A DNA stretch of 64,000 bases from a virus. Positions within the stretch are counted from its first letter, which is position 1, and each line of letters opens with the position of its first letter. Under the pieces are notes generated by a model. That model was not told the origin of the DNA. It searched no databases and saw nothing but the letters and a program-made list of their open reading frames with translations. Shown piece by piece: positions 9,218 to 18,118 of this stretch. The stretch is taken from IMG/VR virus record IMGVR_UViG_3300045988_122718, positions 91,170-155,169 of that record. One strand, 5' to 3'. The position numbers and the translations under genes were made by a program.

Positions 9218-10026
9218 TACTCACCAATCTCTTTCTTAATTGCGATTCTCATAATTTCATACTGCACATCATCCAATAGTGTATTGATGGTTTCATCAAT
9301 ACTCCATTCACCTTTTAAAAATTCATCACACATTTCGTCAATGTGTTCAATTGACTTTTTGGCTACAACTCTTGCTGCATCTAAATCAAAAGACGCTCCA
9401 AGCTTTACTTGCTTGAGAAAATCTGGCATTTTCGACTGTAGGCATCTTTCGTAAGACTCTCCATTAATATATCTCTCAATATACTCTTCTACACGCAATA
9501 GATGATGCAGTTGTTTTGGGTCGTAAAGATATTTATTAATCCATTCCATACGAGATGGATAATGATGTTCCATTGCAAAATACTTTTCTTTAGCAATACC
9601 TCGCATAGATTTAATGGCTTGAACAGGAGAATAATGTGTAATATCTTCTCTGGCATCAATAAATCTATTCCATTGATTCTCATACATGGGATTGAGAATC
9701 TTATATGGCGTGAATAAGATTTCTAAAAAATTCAAATTCTGCTTTCTGAACGTCTGAATATAAAGCCGAATATCTTTCCAATCGGTATGCTCATCATTTG
9801 CACGAATATGAGTTGTGCTGACTGGATTCTTATTCATTGCTATATCTTTGAATGTTGGTGTTACAATTAGTTTAGTATCAACATCTGAGCCTTCATAATC
9901 GAGGCCGTAGTTTCCACTACCTTGATAGAAAATACCAACAATTCTATCCTTTGGAAAGGATTCAAGAGCCTCATTATAGTGCTCTTGAACCCTATCCATA
10001 ATCCATTGATCTGAATGATAATTCAT
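9217..10026 (-). CDS. RlaP/YcgL-like predicted nucleotidyltransferase (Pol beta superfamily)
   Basis: FYQGSGNYGLDYEGSDVDTKLIV (G-S-x9-12-D-x-D nucleotidyltransferase signature) with COG3541-like downstream sequence. Confidence 0.8.
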   Translation of the reverse strand: MNYHSDQWIMDRVQEHYNEALESFPKDRIVGIFYQGSGNYGLDYEGSDVDTKLIVTPTFKDIAMNKNPVSTTHIRANDEHTDWKDIRLYIQTFRKQNLNFLEILFTPYKILNPMYENQWNRFIDAREDITHYSPVQAIKSMRGIAKEKYFAMEHHYPSRMEWINKYLYDPKQLHHLLRVEEYIERYINGESYERCLQSKMPDFLKQVKLGASFDLDAARVVAKKSIEHIDEMCDEFLKGEWSIDETINTLLDDVQYEIMRIAIKKEIGE

Positions 10027-10033
10027 TTTATCC

Positions 10034-10291
10034 TCACTTATTATTACTTACACTAGTTGTAAAATAGCTACCAACCACAGCCAGTACTCCACATACAACA
10101 GGAATTAAGTCTGGCATAAATCTAGTTGTTCCAAACAAAGTATTCAGTCCGATTACAACTGCACCACCAACAATCTTCATTAGAATCCAACCACCAAACC
10201 AACCAGCACCGAACGTGATGATTGGTTCGATAATACAAAGGATAATTACCCCAATAATTGCTCCAGCTACAGCTCCAACGTTATCTTTCAT
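10034..10291 (-). CDS. Membrane protein
   Basis: Two to three hydrophobic segments. Confidence 0.55.
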   Translation of the reverse strand: MKDNVGAVAGAIIGVIILCIIEPIITFGAGWFGGWILMKIVGGAVVIGLNTLFGTTRFMPDLIPVVCGVLAVVGSYFTTSVSNNK

Positions 10292-10303
10292 ATTAATTCT
10301 CCT

Positions 10304-11467
10304 TTATCCGTTATGTTTTAGTAGGTACTCTCTACTGACATTCTTGAAAGAATCACTACCATCCAAAGAACGATACACGATACCTTCACGCATTACATCT
10401 GGATTAACCTTGGACTTACCAGTTGCAAGAACCTTAAGTTCCTCCATAGTGTCTGGCATTTGAACTTCTCCAAGAATAGGAACCCATTTCATTCCCCACT
10501 CACGCACCTGTCCCGCACCCGCCATAGAAGACCAGCGACCAGTCTGGGACTCTTTGAAATTAAATACATACAAATCGTCCTCAGTAAGCTTCAGAGGATT
10601 ACCTTGAACAGAACCTACACCCTCACCCTGAATACAAACCCATTTGAGCTGAGGGAACTGATTCAGAAAATCCTTCAAATGCTGCTCAATATTGTACTTG
10701 AAAGCCAAATCCCAATAGATGTTATGGTCGTGGTAGCACTCCTGCTTCTCGTCCTGCTGTCTTACGTTACGAGAACAAACATAAAACTCAAACTTATTAC
10801 GTCCTTTACGCTCAAGAGCATAAGTACAAGAAGTGCCATCTAGCTTTTCTGTGGCAAGATAAGTCTTGCCGTCACCAATACGCCAAGGCTGATTTTCTAC
10901 ACGCTCTTCATCAGTCTTTGAAACAAATGTTGGGAAACCACGAGGATTATCCTTTTTCTTGCCGAAGAAGAAAAACATAATCTTGCGACCCCAAGAACGA
11001 CGCATCATCCAACGTGCCCACTTCTTCTTGAAGATCTTCTGGTGACGAGCAGCCATAGACTTATACTTTGCATTAGGATCACCATTGCCTTTACGAGCAT
11101 TGTCTTCTTGTACGGAATACTTAATACCAAGAATATCAGTTACGTCAGTGCCCTCAGAAAGTCCTACTAGCTCCTTAAATGCAGACTGAGGCATAGCAAG
11201 ACCCTGACTGATACAATTAAACTTGCCAAGCTTCATCGTCTTGACCTTAAAGCCCTTTGCACGAAGGAACTCAAACTCTTCTCTCTCAGGAACTTTGGAA
11301 TCAATCTCAATATAAACACAAGGATCGCCTTCATGGAATTCACCCTTCTTACAAATGAGATTCCATCCAAGCACATTGCACTGCTCGATATTGTCAGCAC
11401 CCTCAATAGGACGAATATTTGTTACATGCTGAATATATGCTAGAGCACGTTTATCATTAATAATCAT
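10304..11467 (-). CDS. ATP-dependent RNA ligase, DRB0094/Rnl5-like
   Basis: N-terminal OB-like module (RALAYIQHVTNIRPIEGADNIEQCNVLGWNLICKKGEF...VYIEIDSKVPER) followed by nucleotidyl-transfer motif EKLDGTSCTY and downstream ligase motifs (FYVCSRN, IQGEGVG, EGIVYRS). Confidence 0.85.
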   Translation of the reverse strand: MIINDKRALAYIQHVTNIRPIEGADNIEQCNVLGWNLICKKGEFHEGDPCVYIEIDSKVPEREEFEFLRAKGFKVKTMKLGKFNCISQGLAMPQSAFKELVGLSEGTDVTDILGIKYSVQEDNARKGNGDPNAKYKSMAARHQKIFKKKWARWMMRRSWGRKIMFFFFGKKKDNPRGFPTFVSKTDEERVENQPWRIGDGKTYLATEKLDGTSCTYALERKGRNKFEFYVCSRNVRQQDEKQECYHDHNIYWDLAFKYNIEQHLKDFLNQFPQLKWVCIQGEGVGSVQGNPLKLTEDDLYVFNFKESQTGRWSSMAGAGQVREWGMKWVPILGEVQMPDTMEELKVLATGKSKVNPDVMREGIVYRSLDGSDSFKNVSREYLLKHNG

Positions 11468-11496
11468 TTTGTTCTCCTCTCATTAATTTTATATTG

Positions 11497-11886
11497 TTAA
11501 CCCTCATAAAATCTGAATAGTTTACTCATTGTCATACCATTCGCTTTAGCAAGACCCATAGCATAATCACACACGTCATCATCATCTGTCATACCAAGCT
11601 CATCACTCATGTAATCACTCAAGGTATCATAAGTATCATTATTGTTATTACTCCAGCCAATTAACATCTGCCCATTTACTGTAAAAATATCACAAGGTGA
11701 ACCACCAGCACCATTTGAGAATTTACACCAAGCACCTTCGAGCATAGAGTTACTCAATTCCTTTGCATCCTTCTTGTCAACTTCAATTACTTTATACTTT
11801 TCACCAAAGTACGTCTTGTTGAAAGCAATATCGTTGTCATTTAGAATCTTTTCAATATTGCCAGTCGTTAGCATTTCTACCTTCAT
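11497..11886 (-). CDS. Hypothetical protein
   Basis: 129-aa ORF with SD. Confidence 0.6.
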   Translation of the reverse strand: MKVEMLTTGNIEKILNDNDIAFNKTYFGEKYKVIEVDKKDAKELSNSMLEGAWCKFSNGAGGSPCDIFTVNGQMLIGWSNNNNDTYDTLSDYMSDELGMTDDDDVCDYAMGLAKANGMTMSKLFRFYEG

Positions 11887-11897
11887 TTTTGTCCTCC

Positions 11898-12674
11898 TTA
11901 TAGTTCATCGTCTTCTTCTGCAAGCTTCTTCTTAATAGCCTTAATTGCGGCTTGTACGTCTGGACGAGTAATATTTTCCTCCATCCAAATTACATAATCG
12001 TCACCAGAACGATATAGGTCGATTAACTTCTCGCCCTTATGCTTACCAAATGTCAGCACGTATTCCTCTGGCTTAGATTCTACTCTTGGAGCTTCAATGT
12101 TCTCGAAATCCATCATAATAGTTTTACGAGATGCAAGGTAGTCTGCAAGATGTACTAGCTCTTGATATGTGTCTTCTGGTTTCGGCAAACATTCTCCGGT
12201 TTTTCTATCCACATTCCATTGGCCCATATGCGATTCAATACAATGAGCAATTAGTTCAATTTCATCGTGATTTAGATACTTGCCATCATAACTACGAATA
12301 ACCGTTGCCATTTGTAGAGGGTGGTCGAATTTAGTATACTTACTTCTTTCATAATCTGATTGGGACCCACTCTTACGGCCATCATGAATCAGTCCTGCCA
12401 CACGTAGCAAGTCTCTTTCTCTACTAGGAATTATTTTGTTGTATTGTTCAAGTTCAAGAAAGAAATTTAGGAATCTTACAACTGCAATCTGATGACGCAT
12501 CAATCCAAGTTCTCCAAGTGAATAGGCCGGATGGTACTTTCCAGTAGACGATGCTCCAACATGCCAGATATATTCTGGAAGATTGTCTAGCAACACAATT
12601 GCAAAATCTTTAATATCATTATTTTCAAATGTATTTAGTACTGGTTCTACTATATTTAGTCTTTCAGGCGTCAT
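11898..12674 (-). CDS. HD-domain phosphohydrolase with C-terminal ExoX-C-like (FGKHKG) module
   Basis: LLRVAGLIHDGRKSG...IAHCIESHMG and LTFGKHKGEKLIDLYRSGDDYVIWMEEN. Confidence 0.75.
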   Translation of the reverse strand: MTPERLNIVEPVLNTFENNDIKDFAIVLLDNLPEYIWHVGASSTGKYHPAYSLGELGLMRHQIAVVRFLNFFLELEQYNKIIPSRERDLLRVAGLIHDGRKSGSQSDYERSKYTKFDHPLQMATVIRSYDGKYLNHDEIELIAHCIESHMGQWNVDRKTGECLPKPEDTYQELVHLADYLASRKTIMMDFENIEAPRVESKPEEYVLTFGKHKGEKLIDLYRSGDDYVIWMEENITRPDVQAAIKAIKKKLAEEDDEL

Positions 12675-12675
12675 A

Positions 12676-12924
12676 TTAATCCTCCGTAGTGTAATACTCT
12701 AGTTCATCAAACATATTCGATAGGGTGATGACCGCATCTCTGCTATGATTATGTACTGCATCAGTTGGATTCTCATCTTCATAGTTCTCTACAAACCACA
12801 GGATATTGCTTAGTACGGTCTTTGCAAAATCAACAACCTCTACTACATCGTCTGCCTGGACATTTATAATACCATTTTCTGAAATGTTATTACATACATT
12901 GAATAGGTCGTTAAAAGCCTTCAT
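12676..12924 (-). CDS. Hypothetical protein
   Basis: 82-aa ORF with SD. Confidence 0.55.
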   Translation of the reverse strand: MKAFNDLFNVCNNISENGIINVQADDVVEVVDFAKTVLSNILWFVENYEDENPTDAVHNHSRDAVITLSNMFDELEYYTTED

Positions 12925-13088
12925 TCGTCATCCTCCTTAATATCATCTACAAGCTTTTCAATCTTTCCACAACAGGCACATGCTTCCATATAAGGTGTAA
13001 ACACAATTCTATCAATATTCTTCTTTGATAATTTGTGTTTCTTTAGGAAACATTTCCGGCAATAAATTCCATAATCAGTCTCGTTCAT
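12921..13088 (-). CDS. Small Cys-rich protein
   Basis: MNETDYGIYCRKCFLKKHKLSKKNIDRIVFTPYMEACACCGKIEKLVDDIKEDDE. Confidence 0.6.
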   Translation of the reverse strand: MNETDYGIYCRKCFLKKHKLSKKNIDRIVFTPYMEACACCGKIEKLVDDIKEDDE

Positions 13089-13103
13089 TTCTTTAATCCT
13101 TTC

Positions 13104-13511
13104 TTAATCAAATGTCTCTTGAATATATCCATTATCCGTTGTATAGTTAATCTTTTTAATGCCAAGGCTCTTGATAAGTTTTTGACATCCAGGACATGGT
13201 TTACTCAATGCTTTTGTGCCATTTTTCCACTCTCTATATATGTAAATCTGTACATCTTTCCAGTTGATGTCTTTGCGATTCATAAGTGGTAAAAGCGCAG
13301 ACGTTTCTGCGTGAAGAAAATGATTCGTATCTCCGTCAAAACGTTCTTTATTGAGTTCTTTCTGAAGTGGGTGTGTTTTCATAATATTACAACCGCTTGA
13401 TATAATACGGTGGCCACACACTATGACACATCCTATATGATGCTTTTCAAAATCACTCAATTCAGAAACTGCTCTGGCTGCATTAAAATATGTTCTATCC
13501 TTTTTCGTCAT
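13104..13511 (-). CDS. Cytidine/deoxycytidylate deaminase-like protein
   Basis: FLHAETSALLP and SKPCPGCQKLIKSLGIKKINY zinc-binding motifs. Confidence 0.8.
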   Translation of the reverse strand: MTKKDRTYFNAARAVSELSDFEKHHIGCVIVCGHRIISSGCNIMKTHPLQKELNKERFDGDTNHFLHAETSALLPLMNRKDINWKDVQIYIYREWKNGTKALSKPCPGCQKLIKSLGIKKINYTTDNGYIQETFD

Positions 13512-13528
13512 AAATTAATTTTGTACTG

Positions 13529-14035
13529 TTAATCCTTTTTAATAATTGCCCACACGTCATTATATGTAACACTTTTACTTAGTGCCTCATCGTGTGTCTT
13601 AACCAAAACATCAATATGATTGCCGTTTACGGCACCACCTCTATCTTGAGCCGTTCTATATCCAATTCCATCAATATAAACTTTTGTGCCATATGGGATT
13701 ACACTTGGATCAACTGCAATTGTTGTTCCAACATCTGTAGGTGCTCCAGATGCGGTTACTCCAGACCCTCCACAAATATGTTCCCTCCTTTCATCACAAT
13801 AGTAAGTAATTTTATATGATCCGAGGTACATAAATTCAACACCAGGAGATTTTAGGTCCTCAATTTCTTGCTTCAATCGAGAATTTTCATCATCCTTTAC
13901 AGAAATCACCTCGTTCAATCCATCAATAGAACTACTCATCATAGAGATTTCGTTATTTTTCAAATGGATTGTCATTACAAGCAAAACAATCACCGTAGCC
14001 AAAATAAGATAAGATATGTATTTCTTTCTAATCAT
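13529..14035 (-). CDS. 3D-domain (RlpA-like/murein transglycosylase-type) membrane-anchored protein
   Basis: N-terminal TM; TYYCDERREHICGGSGVTASGAPTDVGTTIAVDPSVIPYGTKVYIDGIGYRTAQDRGGAVNGNHIDVLV. Confidence 0.8.
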   Translation of the reverse strand: MIRKKYISYLILATVIVLLVMTIHLKNNEISMMSSSIDGLNEVISVKDDENSRLKQEIEDLKSPGVEFMYLGSYKITYYCDERREHICGGSGVTASGAPTDVGTTIAVDPSVIPYGTKVYIDGIGYRTAQDRGGAVNGNHIDVLVKTHDEALSKSVTYNDVWAIIKKD

Positions 14036-14053
14036 TCTTAATGTCCTTCCTAA

Positions 14054-14098
14054 ATTAATTTTGTACTGTAATTATAACAGATATTTTCTATTTGTCAA
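14054..14098 (-). promoter_or_regulatory. SigmaA-like promoter with conserved box
   Basis: TTGACA (14093-14098), TATAAT (14071-14076), TACAGTACAAAATTAA. Confidence 0.85.
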
Positions 14099-15219
14099 GA
14101 TGTTCTTAACCTTTCAATAAGTTTTTTTAGAATTTTAGCAATATCAGAAATATCGTGCTGATTCAATGTTTCGTCCAATGTAATACGAATTGTGTTTAAA
14201 GCTTCTGTGTCTGTAAGTCCGATAGCTTTTAATGTACTACTTGGCACAGCCTCCCCACTACTACAAGCAGAACCTGCAGAGATATAAATCCCATACATAC
14301 TTGCTAGAGTCACAAGGTCACTAGCTTTTACTCCATCAATACGAACAGAAATATTATTGCACAGACGATTAGTATCAAGTTCTGGACCATTTAGATGTAC
14401 TCCAGGAATTTCAAGAATTTTCTTTGCAAGTTCATCCCTATTAAATCTAGTACAAATGTTTGTATAGTCGTGTAACGTTCCTCTATTAATCTCTAGCGCT
14501 TTACCCATAGCTGCTATTGCAGGAGTATTTTCAGTTCCTCCTCGTTTGTGTAATTCTTGACTTCCATAAATAATCGGTGATAAATCAATTGTATCTTTGC
14601 AGTATAAAAATCCTGCACCTCTTCCACCTCTAAATTTCTGTGCTGAAATACTCATCATATCTATTCTAAGCTTATCAACATCAATTCTTGATTCAGGGAA
14701 ATATTGAACGGCATCCACATGTAATATACAATTATATTTATGCGTAATATATGAAATAGATTTAATATCTTGGAGTGTTCCAATTTCAGAGTTTGCATAC
14801 TGAATACTAACAATAGAATTATTATGTTCTTTTATTGTATCTTCTAAAATATTTGCATCAATATTTCCAAATTCATCTACTGGAATATAATGTACATTAG
14901 TAAATTTATGATGATTTAAAATTTCACTAATAGATTTATGCTCTAATTGTGTCGTTATAATAGTGTCAAAATTTGTTCCACAAAGTGCTAAAGTGTTTGC
15001 CTCTACTCCCCCACTTGTGAAAATTATTTCTTTAGGTTCACAATTAATGTCTGCTGCAATTTGATCTCTTACATTTTCAATTATATTTTTAGCATCTTGC
15101 CCCATCTCATGAGTCGAAGATGGGTTGCCATAATGATTATACATTACATCGGCAACCACATCTACAACTTCTTTGTATGGCTGAGTAGTAGATGCGCAAT
15201 CTAAAAAGTATTTCTTCAT
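14095..15219 (-). CDS. Cysteine desulfurase (NifS/IscS-like)
   Basis: GNPSSTHEMGQDAKNII, HVDAVQYFPES, SISAQKFRGGRGAGFLYC, SAGSACSSGEAVPSSTLKAIG. Confidence 0.88.
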   Translation of the reverse strand: MKKYFLDCASTTQPYKEVVDVVADVMYNHYGNPSSTHEMGQDAKNIIENVRDQIAADINCEPKEIIFTSGGVEANTLALCGTNFDTIITTQLEHKSISEILNHHKFTNVHYIPVDEFGNIDANILEDTIKEHNNSIVSIQYANSEIGTLQDIKSISYITHKYNCILHVDAVQYFPESRIDVDKLRIDMMSISAQKFRGGRGAGFLYCKDTIDLSPIIYGSQELHKRGGTENTPAIAAMGKALEINRGTLHDYTNICTRFNRDELAKKILEIPGVHLNGPELDTNRLCNNISVRIDGVKASDLVTLASMYGIYISAGSACSSGEAVPSSTLKAIGLTDTEALNTIRITLDETLNQHDISDIAKILKKLIERLRTS

Positions 15220-15222
15220 TGT

Positions 15223-15651
15223 CTACTCCTCAAATTCAATTTTCTCCTGGTGCCCATTACGAACCTCTGTGTACAGATACTTACTAGCAGCATAATCATT
15301 GTGAAAGTGCGCCCACTTATAAGCATCAAACATTGAATCGAAATCTACATCGTATCCGTAATAAATTGTATAGAAAGATGTGTCGTCTCTATATCTTCCA
15401 ATCATTACAAGTACATTATCCTCGTTCTGCAAAACGTTTCCAAGATACTTATGTGGGATTTCATAGATATTGTTAAGAACATCCTCCACAATATCATAAT
15501 CTACTGTAGTAACATTCTTTGTGATAAGAACTGTATTATTGTTACATTTGCAAACTGCGTGGTAATACTTTAACCCCTTTATCTTATTCTCTGTGAACTC
15601 AGCAGATACTACCTCAAGCATTGCCCCTGAAACATCATATAATGTGCTCAT
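15223..15651 (-). CDS. Hypothetical protein
   Basis: ORF beginning MSTLYDVSGAMLEVV, SD and promoter upstream. Confidence 0.6.
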   Translation of the reverse strand: MSTLYDVSGAMLEVVSAEFTENKIKGLKYYHAVCKCNNNTVLITKNVTTVDYDIVEDVLNNIYEIPHKYLGNVLQNEDNVLVMIGRYRDDTSFYTIYYGYDVDFDSMFDAYKWAHFHNDYAASKYLYTEVRNGHQEKIEFEE

Positions 15652-15664
15652 GTCTAACCTCCTC

Positions 15665-15710
15665 AATTAATTTTGTATTATAATTATAACGCAAATTTCT
15701 CATTTGTCAA
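15665..15710 (-). promoter_or_regulatory. SigmaA-like promoter (box variant)
   Basis: TTGACA (15705-15710), TATAAT (15683-15688), then TATAATACAAAATTAA. Confidence 0.8.
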
Positions 15711-15721
15711 GTGCATTTTAG

Positions 15722-15753
15722 AAAAATAGCCACCTTTTTACAGGCGGCTTATT
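15722..15753 (-). terminator. Rho-independent terminator downstream of glyA
   Basis: Minus strand AAGCCGCCTGTAAAAAGGTGGCTATTTTT. Confidence 0.8.
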
Positions 15754-15755
15754 TT

Positions 15756-16994
15756 TTACATATAAATTGGATGTAGTTCGCATAGTTGACGAGCTATATC
15801 GGAGATATATTTCTTATTGCCATCGAAGTCTTTGATGGCCAACGAAATAAGTCCCGCCACATTTCTTGCGTCAAACTTATCAAAGCCACGTGTAGTAATT
15901 GCGGGAGTCCCAATACGAAGACCACTAGTTACAAATGTGGATAGAGGGTCGTTAGGAATTGAATTTTTATTCGTTGTAATGTTTACACTATCGAGCTTCT
16001 CCTGTAATTCTTTGCCAGTAATTCCTGTGTCTCTAAGGTCTAGAATCATTAGATGATTATCTGTTCCCCCAGAAATAAGCTTAATGCCATTTGTGTTAAA
16101 TACACTTGCCATAGCCTTTGCATTATTAATAACATTATTCTGATATTCTGCAAATTCTGTCTTCAACGCTTCTCCAAAACATACTGCCTTTGCTGCAATT
16201 ATATGTTCTAGAGGACCTCCCTGAGTACCAGGAAATACCGCCGAATCAATCTTCTTTGCAAGTTTACTCTTGCACAAAATAACTGCACCACGAGGGCCTC
16301 TCATGGATTTATGAGTCGTAAATGTGCAAACATCAGCATAAGGGACAGGACTTGGATGTACGCCTCCTGCTACAAGGCCAGCAATATGTGCCATGTCTAC
16401 AAAGAGATAAGCACCGACTTCATCTGCAATTTCACGGAACTTTGTAAAATCAATGATACGCGGATATGCAGAAGCTCCTGCCAAAATCATCTTAGGCTTG
16501 TTCTTTAGTGCAAGGTCTCTCACATTGTCATAGTCAATAAAGCCATCTTCTCCTACGCCATAATGAACGACATTAAAATATTTTCCAGAGATATTGAACG
16601 ATGCTCCGTGACTGAGATGTCCACCGGCAGAAAGATCCATGGACAGAACGGTATCACCAGGAGATAATAGTGCATAAAATACTGCCAAATTTGCGCTTGC
16701 TCCTGAATGCGGCTGCACGTTTGCATGTTCTGCTCCAAATAGCTTTTTACAACGTTCAATTGCAAGAAGTTCTACTTCATCAATATACTGACATCCACCA
16801 TAGTATCTCGCATGAGGCTTTCCTTCTGCGTATTTATTAGTTAGAACAGATGACATTGCGTCAAGAACTGCTGGAGATACAATGTTTTCTGATGCAATAA
16901 GTTCAATTGTACCACGTTGCCTGTTAAGTTCTTTCAAACAAATATCGTATACTTCTACATCTTGCTTTTTTAGATTGTCTAGCATTATATTCAC
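15756..16994 (-). CDS. glyA: Serine hydroxymethyltransferase
   Basis: 412 aa with [69 protein letters not shown]. Confidence 0.95.
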   Translation of the reverse strand: MNIMLDNLKKQDVEVYDICLKELNRQRGTIELIASENIVSPAVLDAMSSVLTNKYAEGKPHARYYGGCQYIDEVELLAIERCKKLFGAEHANVQPHSGASANLAVFYALLSPGDTVLSMDLSAGGHLSHGASFNISGKYFNVVHYGVGEDGFIDYDNVRDLALKNKPKMILAGASAYPRIIDFTKFREIADEVGAYLFVDMAHIAGLVAGGVHPSPVPYADVCTFTTHKSMRGPRGAVILCKSKLAKKIDSAVFPGTQGGPLEHIIAAKAVCFGEALKTEFAEYQNNVINNAKAMASVFNTNGIKLISGGTDNHLMILDLRDTGITGKELQEKLDSVNITTNKNSIPNDPLSTFVTSGLRIGTPAITTRGFDKFDARNVAGLISLAIKDFDGNKKYISDIARQLCELHPIYM

Positions 16995-17002
16995 TCCTTA
17001 CT

Positions 17003-17030
17003 TAAAAATAGGGGAGACTTTCGTCTCCCC
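17003..17030 (-). terminator. Rho-independent terminator between tRNA array and glyA
   Basis: Minus strand GGGGAGACGAAAGTCTCCCCTATTTTT. Confidence 0.85.
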
Positions 17031-17033
17031 TTA

Positions 17034-17109
17034 TGGAGCACGTGACGAGGCTCGAACTCGCAACAGCCAGATTGGAAATCTGGAACTCTACCAATTGAGC
17101 TACACGTGC
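17034..17109 (-). tRNA. tRNA-Gly(UCC)
   Basis: GCACGTG/CACGTGC acceptor, anticodon loop TTTCCAA, T-loop TTCGAGC, encoded CCA. Confidence 0.93.
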
Positions 17110-17115
17110 ATATAA

Positions 17116-17187
17116 TATTCCACACAGGAGTCGAACCTGTCTCTCTACGTTCGCGGCGTAGTGTTCTATCCGATGAACTAGTGGAAT
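17116..17187 (-). tRNA. tRNA-Arg(GCG), atypical C33, no encoded CCA
   Basis: ATTCCAC/GTGGAAT acceptor; CTACG-CCGCGAA-CGTAG; CAGG-TTCGACT-CCTG. Confidence 0.8.
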
Positions 17188-17195
17188 TTGACTTA

Positions 17196-17951
17196 CTATA
17201 TATCAAATTCTTTGTGTCTACCACAATCTCTTGATAACCACGTTATATTTCTTTTACCATTACCTTTGTTTGCTCCTCTATATGTAGGAGTTAATGAATG
17301 ACAATTAGGGCATAACAATGTTAAATTTTCTTCTTTATTATTTGTTGCATCTCCATCAATATGTTCTATTTCAAGTGGCAAAGTTCCAGTATATGGATTA
17401 ATTTCACTCCACCCACATTTTGCACATTTATTTTCGTATTTATCAAAAATATATTTTTTAATAGACGAAGATAGGTCTATCCATTTATCACCTGTTAATC
17501 CATCCCATTCTCCATCTTTCCATTGTTTTATTTTTTGTTTATATCTATATTCATTAAAACATTTTGCAGAACAATATTTATTTTTCTTAGGTATTTCTTT
17601 ATTACAATTAATACAATAATGATGTCCTACTTTCTTTTTTCTATGTTGGTTGCTATATGTCACAGAGCATGAACGGGAACAAAACTCAATTCTTTTAAAA
17701 TCACTATTTTTTTGATTATATTTTTGCGAGATTTCTTTCCCACAATTTTTACAAAACTTAATATCTAATTCTTCTTTAATGTGCGGACATTTTTCAATCA
17801 TACAATATTTTATTGTAGATAATTGCTTTTCAAATGTTTTATGACACCCATCACATTCTACAATATATATAGTATGATTGTCTTTTGTTCTTTTGTCAGA
17901 TATCCCTATTATTGTATAACATCCATATTTTTCTCCTATGTGTTTATCCAT
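17196..17951 (-). CDS. HNH endonuclease with zinc-binding N-terminal region (probable free-standing homing endonuclease)
   Basis: Multiple CxxC pairs and C-terminal CAKCGWSE...LEIEHIDGDATNNKEENLTLLCPNCHSLTPTYRGAN. Confidence 0.88.
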   Translation of the reverse strand: MDKHIGEKYGCYTIIGISDKRTKDNHTIYIVECDGCHKTFEKQLSTIKYCMIEKCPHIKEELDIKFCKNCGKEISQKYNQKNSDFKRIEFCSRSCSVTYSNQHRKKKVGHHYCINCNKEIPKKNKYCSAKCFNEYRYKQKIKQWKDGEWDGLTGDKWIDLSSSIKKYIFDKYENKCAKCGWSEINPYTGTLPLEIEHIDGDATNNKEENLTLLCPNCHSLTPTYRGANKGNGKRNITWLSRDCGRHKEFDI

Positions 17952-17983
17952 TATGTATCACCACGATGTCTATTATTTTAAGA

Positions 17984-18115
17984 TGGTGGGCCTGGAGGAA
18001 CTCGAATCCTCGACCAATAGCTTAATGGTGGGAATGGCAGGTGCTGCCCCTACTTGCAAAAGCTTTTCTGAATACACCCCCAAGGCTACTGCTCTACCTA
18101 CTGAGCTACAGACCC
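17984..18115 (-). tRNA. tRNA-Lys(UUU) interrupted by 56-nt anticodon-loop insert
   Basis: GGGTCTG/CAGGCCC, D arm, AC stem GTAGC/GCTAT, T arm GAGGA-TTCGAGT-TCCTC, ACCA. Deleting 18026-18081 gives loop CUUUUAA. Confidence 0.9.
18026..18081 (-). other. Mini-intron-like insert in tRNA-Lys (between nt 34 and 35)
   Basis: Minus: GGGGGUG-UAUUCAGAAAAGCUUUUGCAA-GUAGG-GGCAGCA-CCUGC-CAUUCCC-ACCA. Confidence 0.85.
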
Positions 18116-18118
18116 ATA

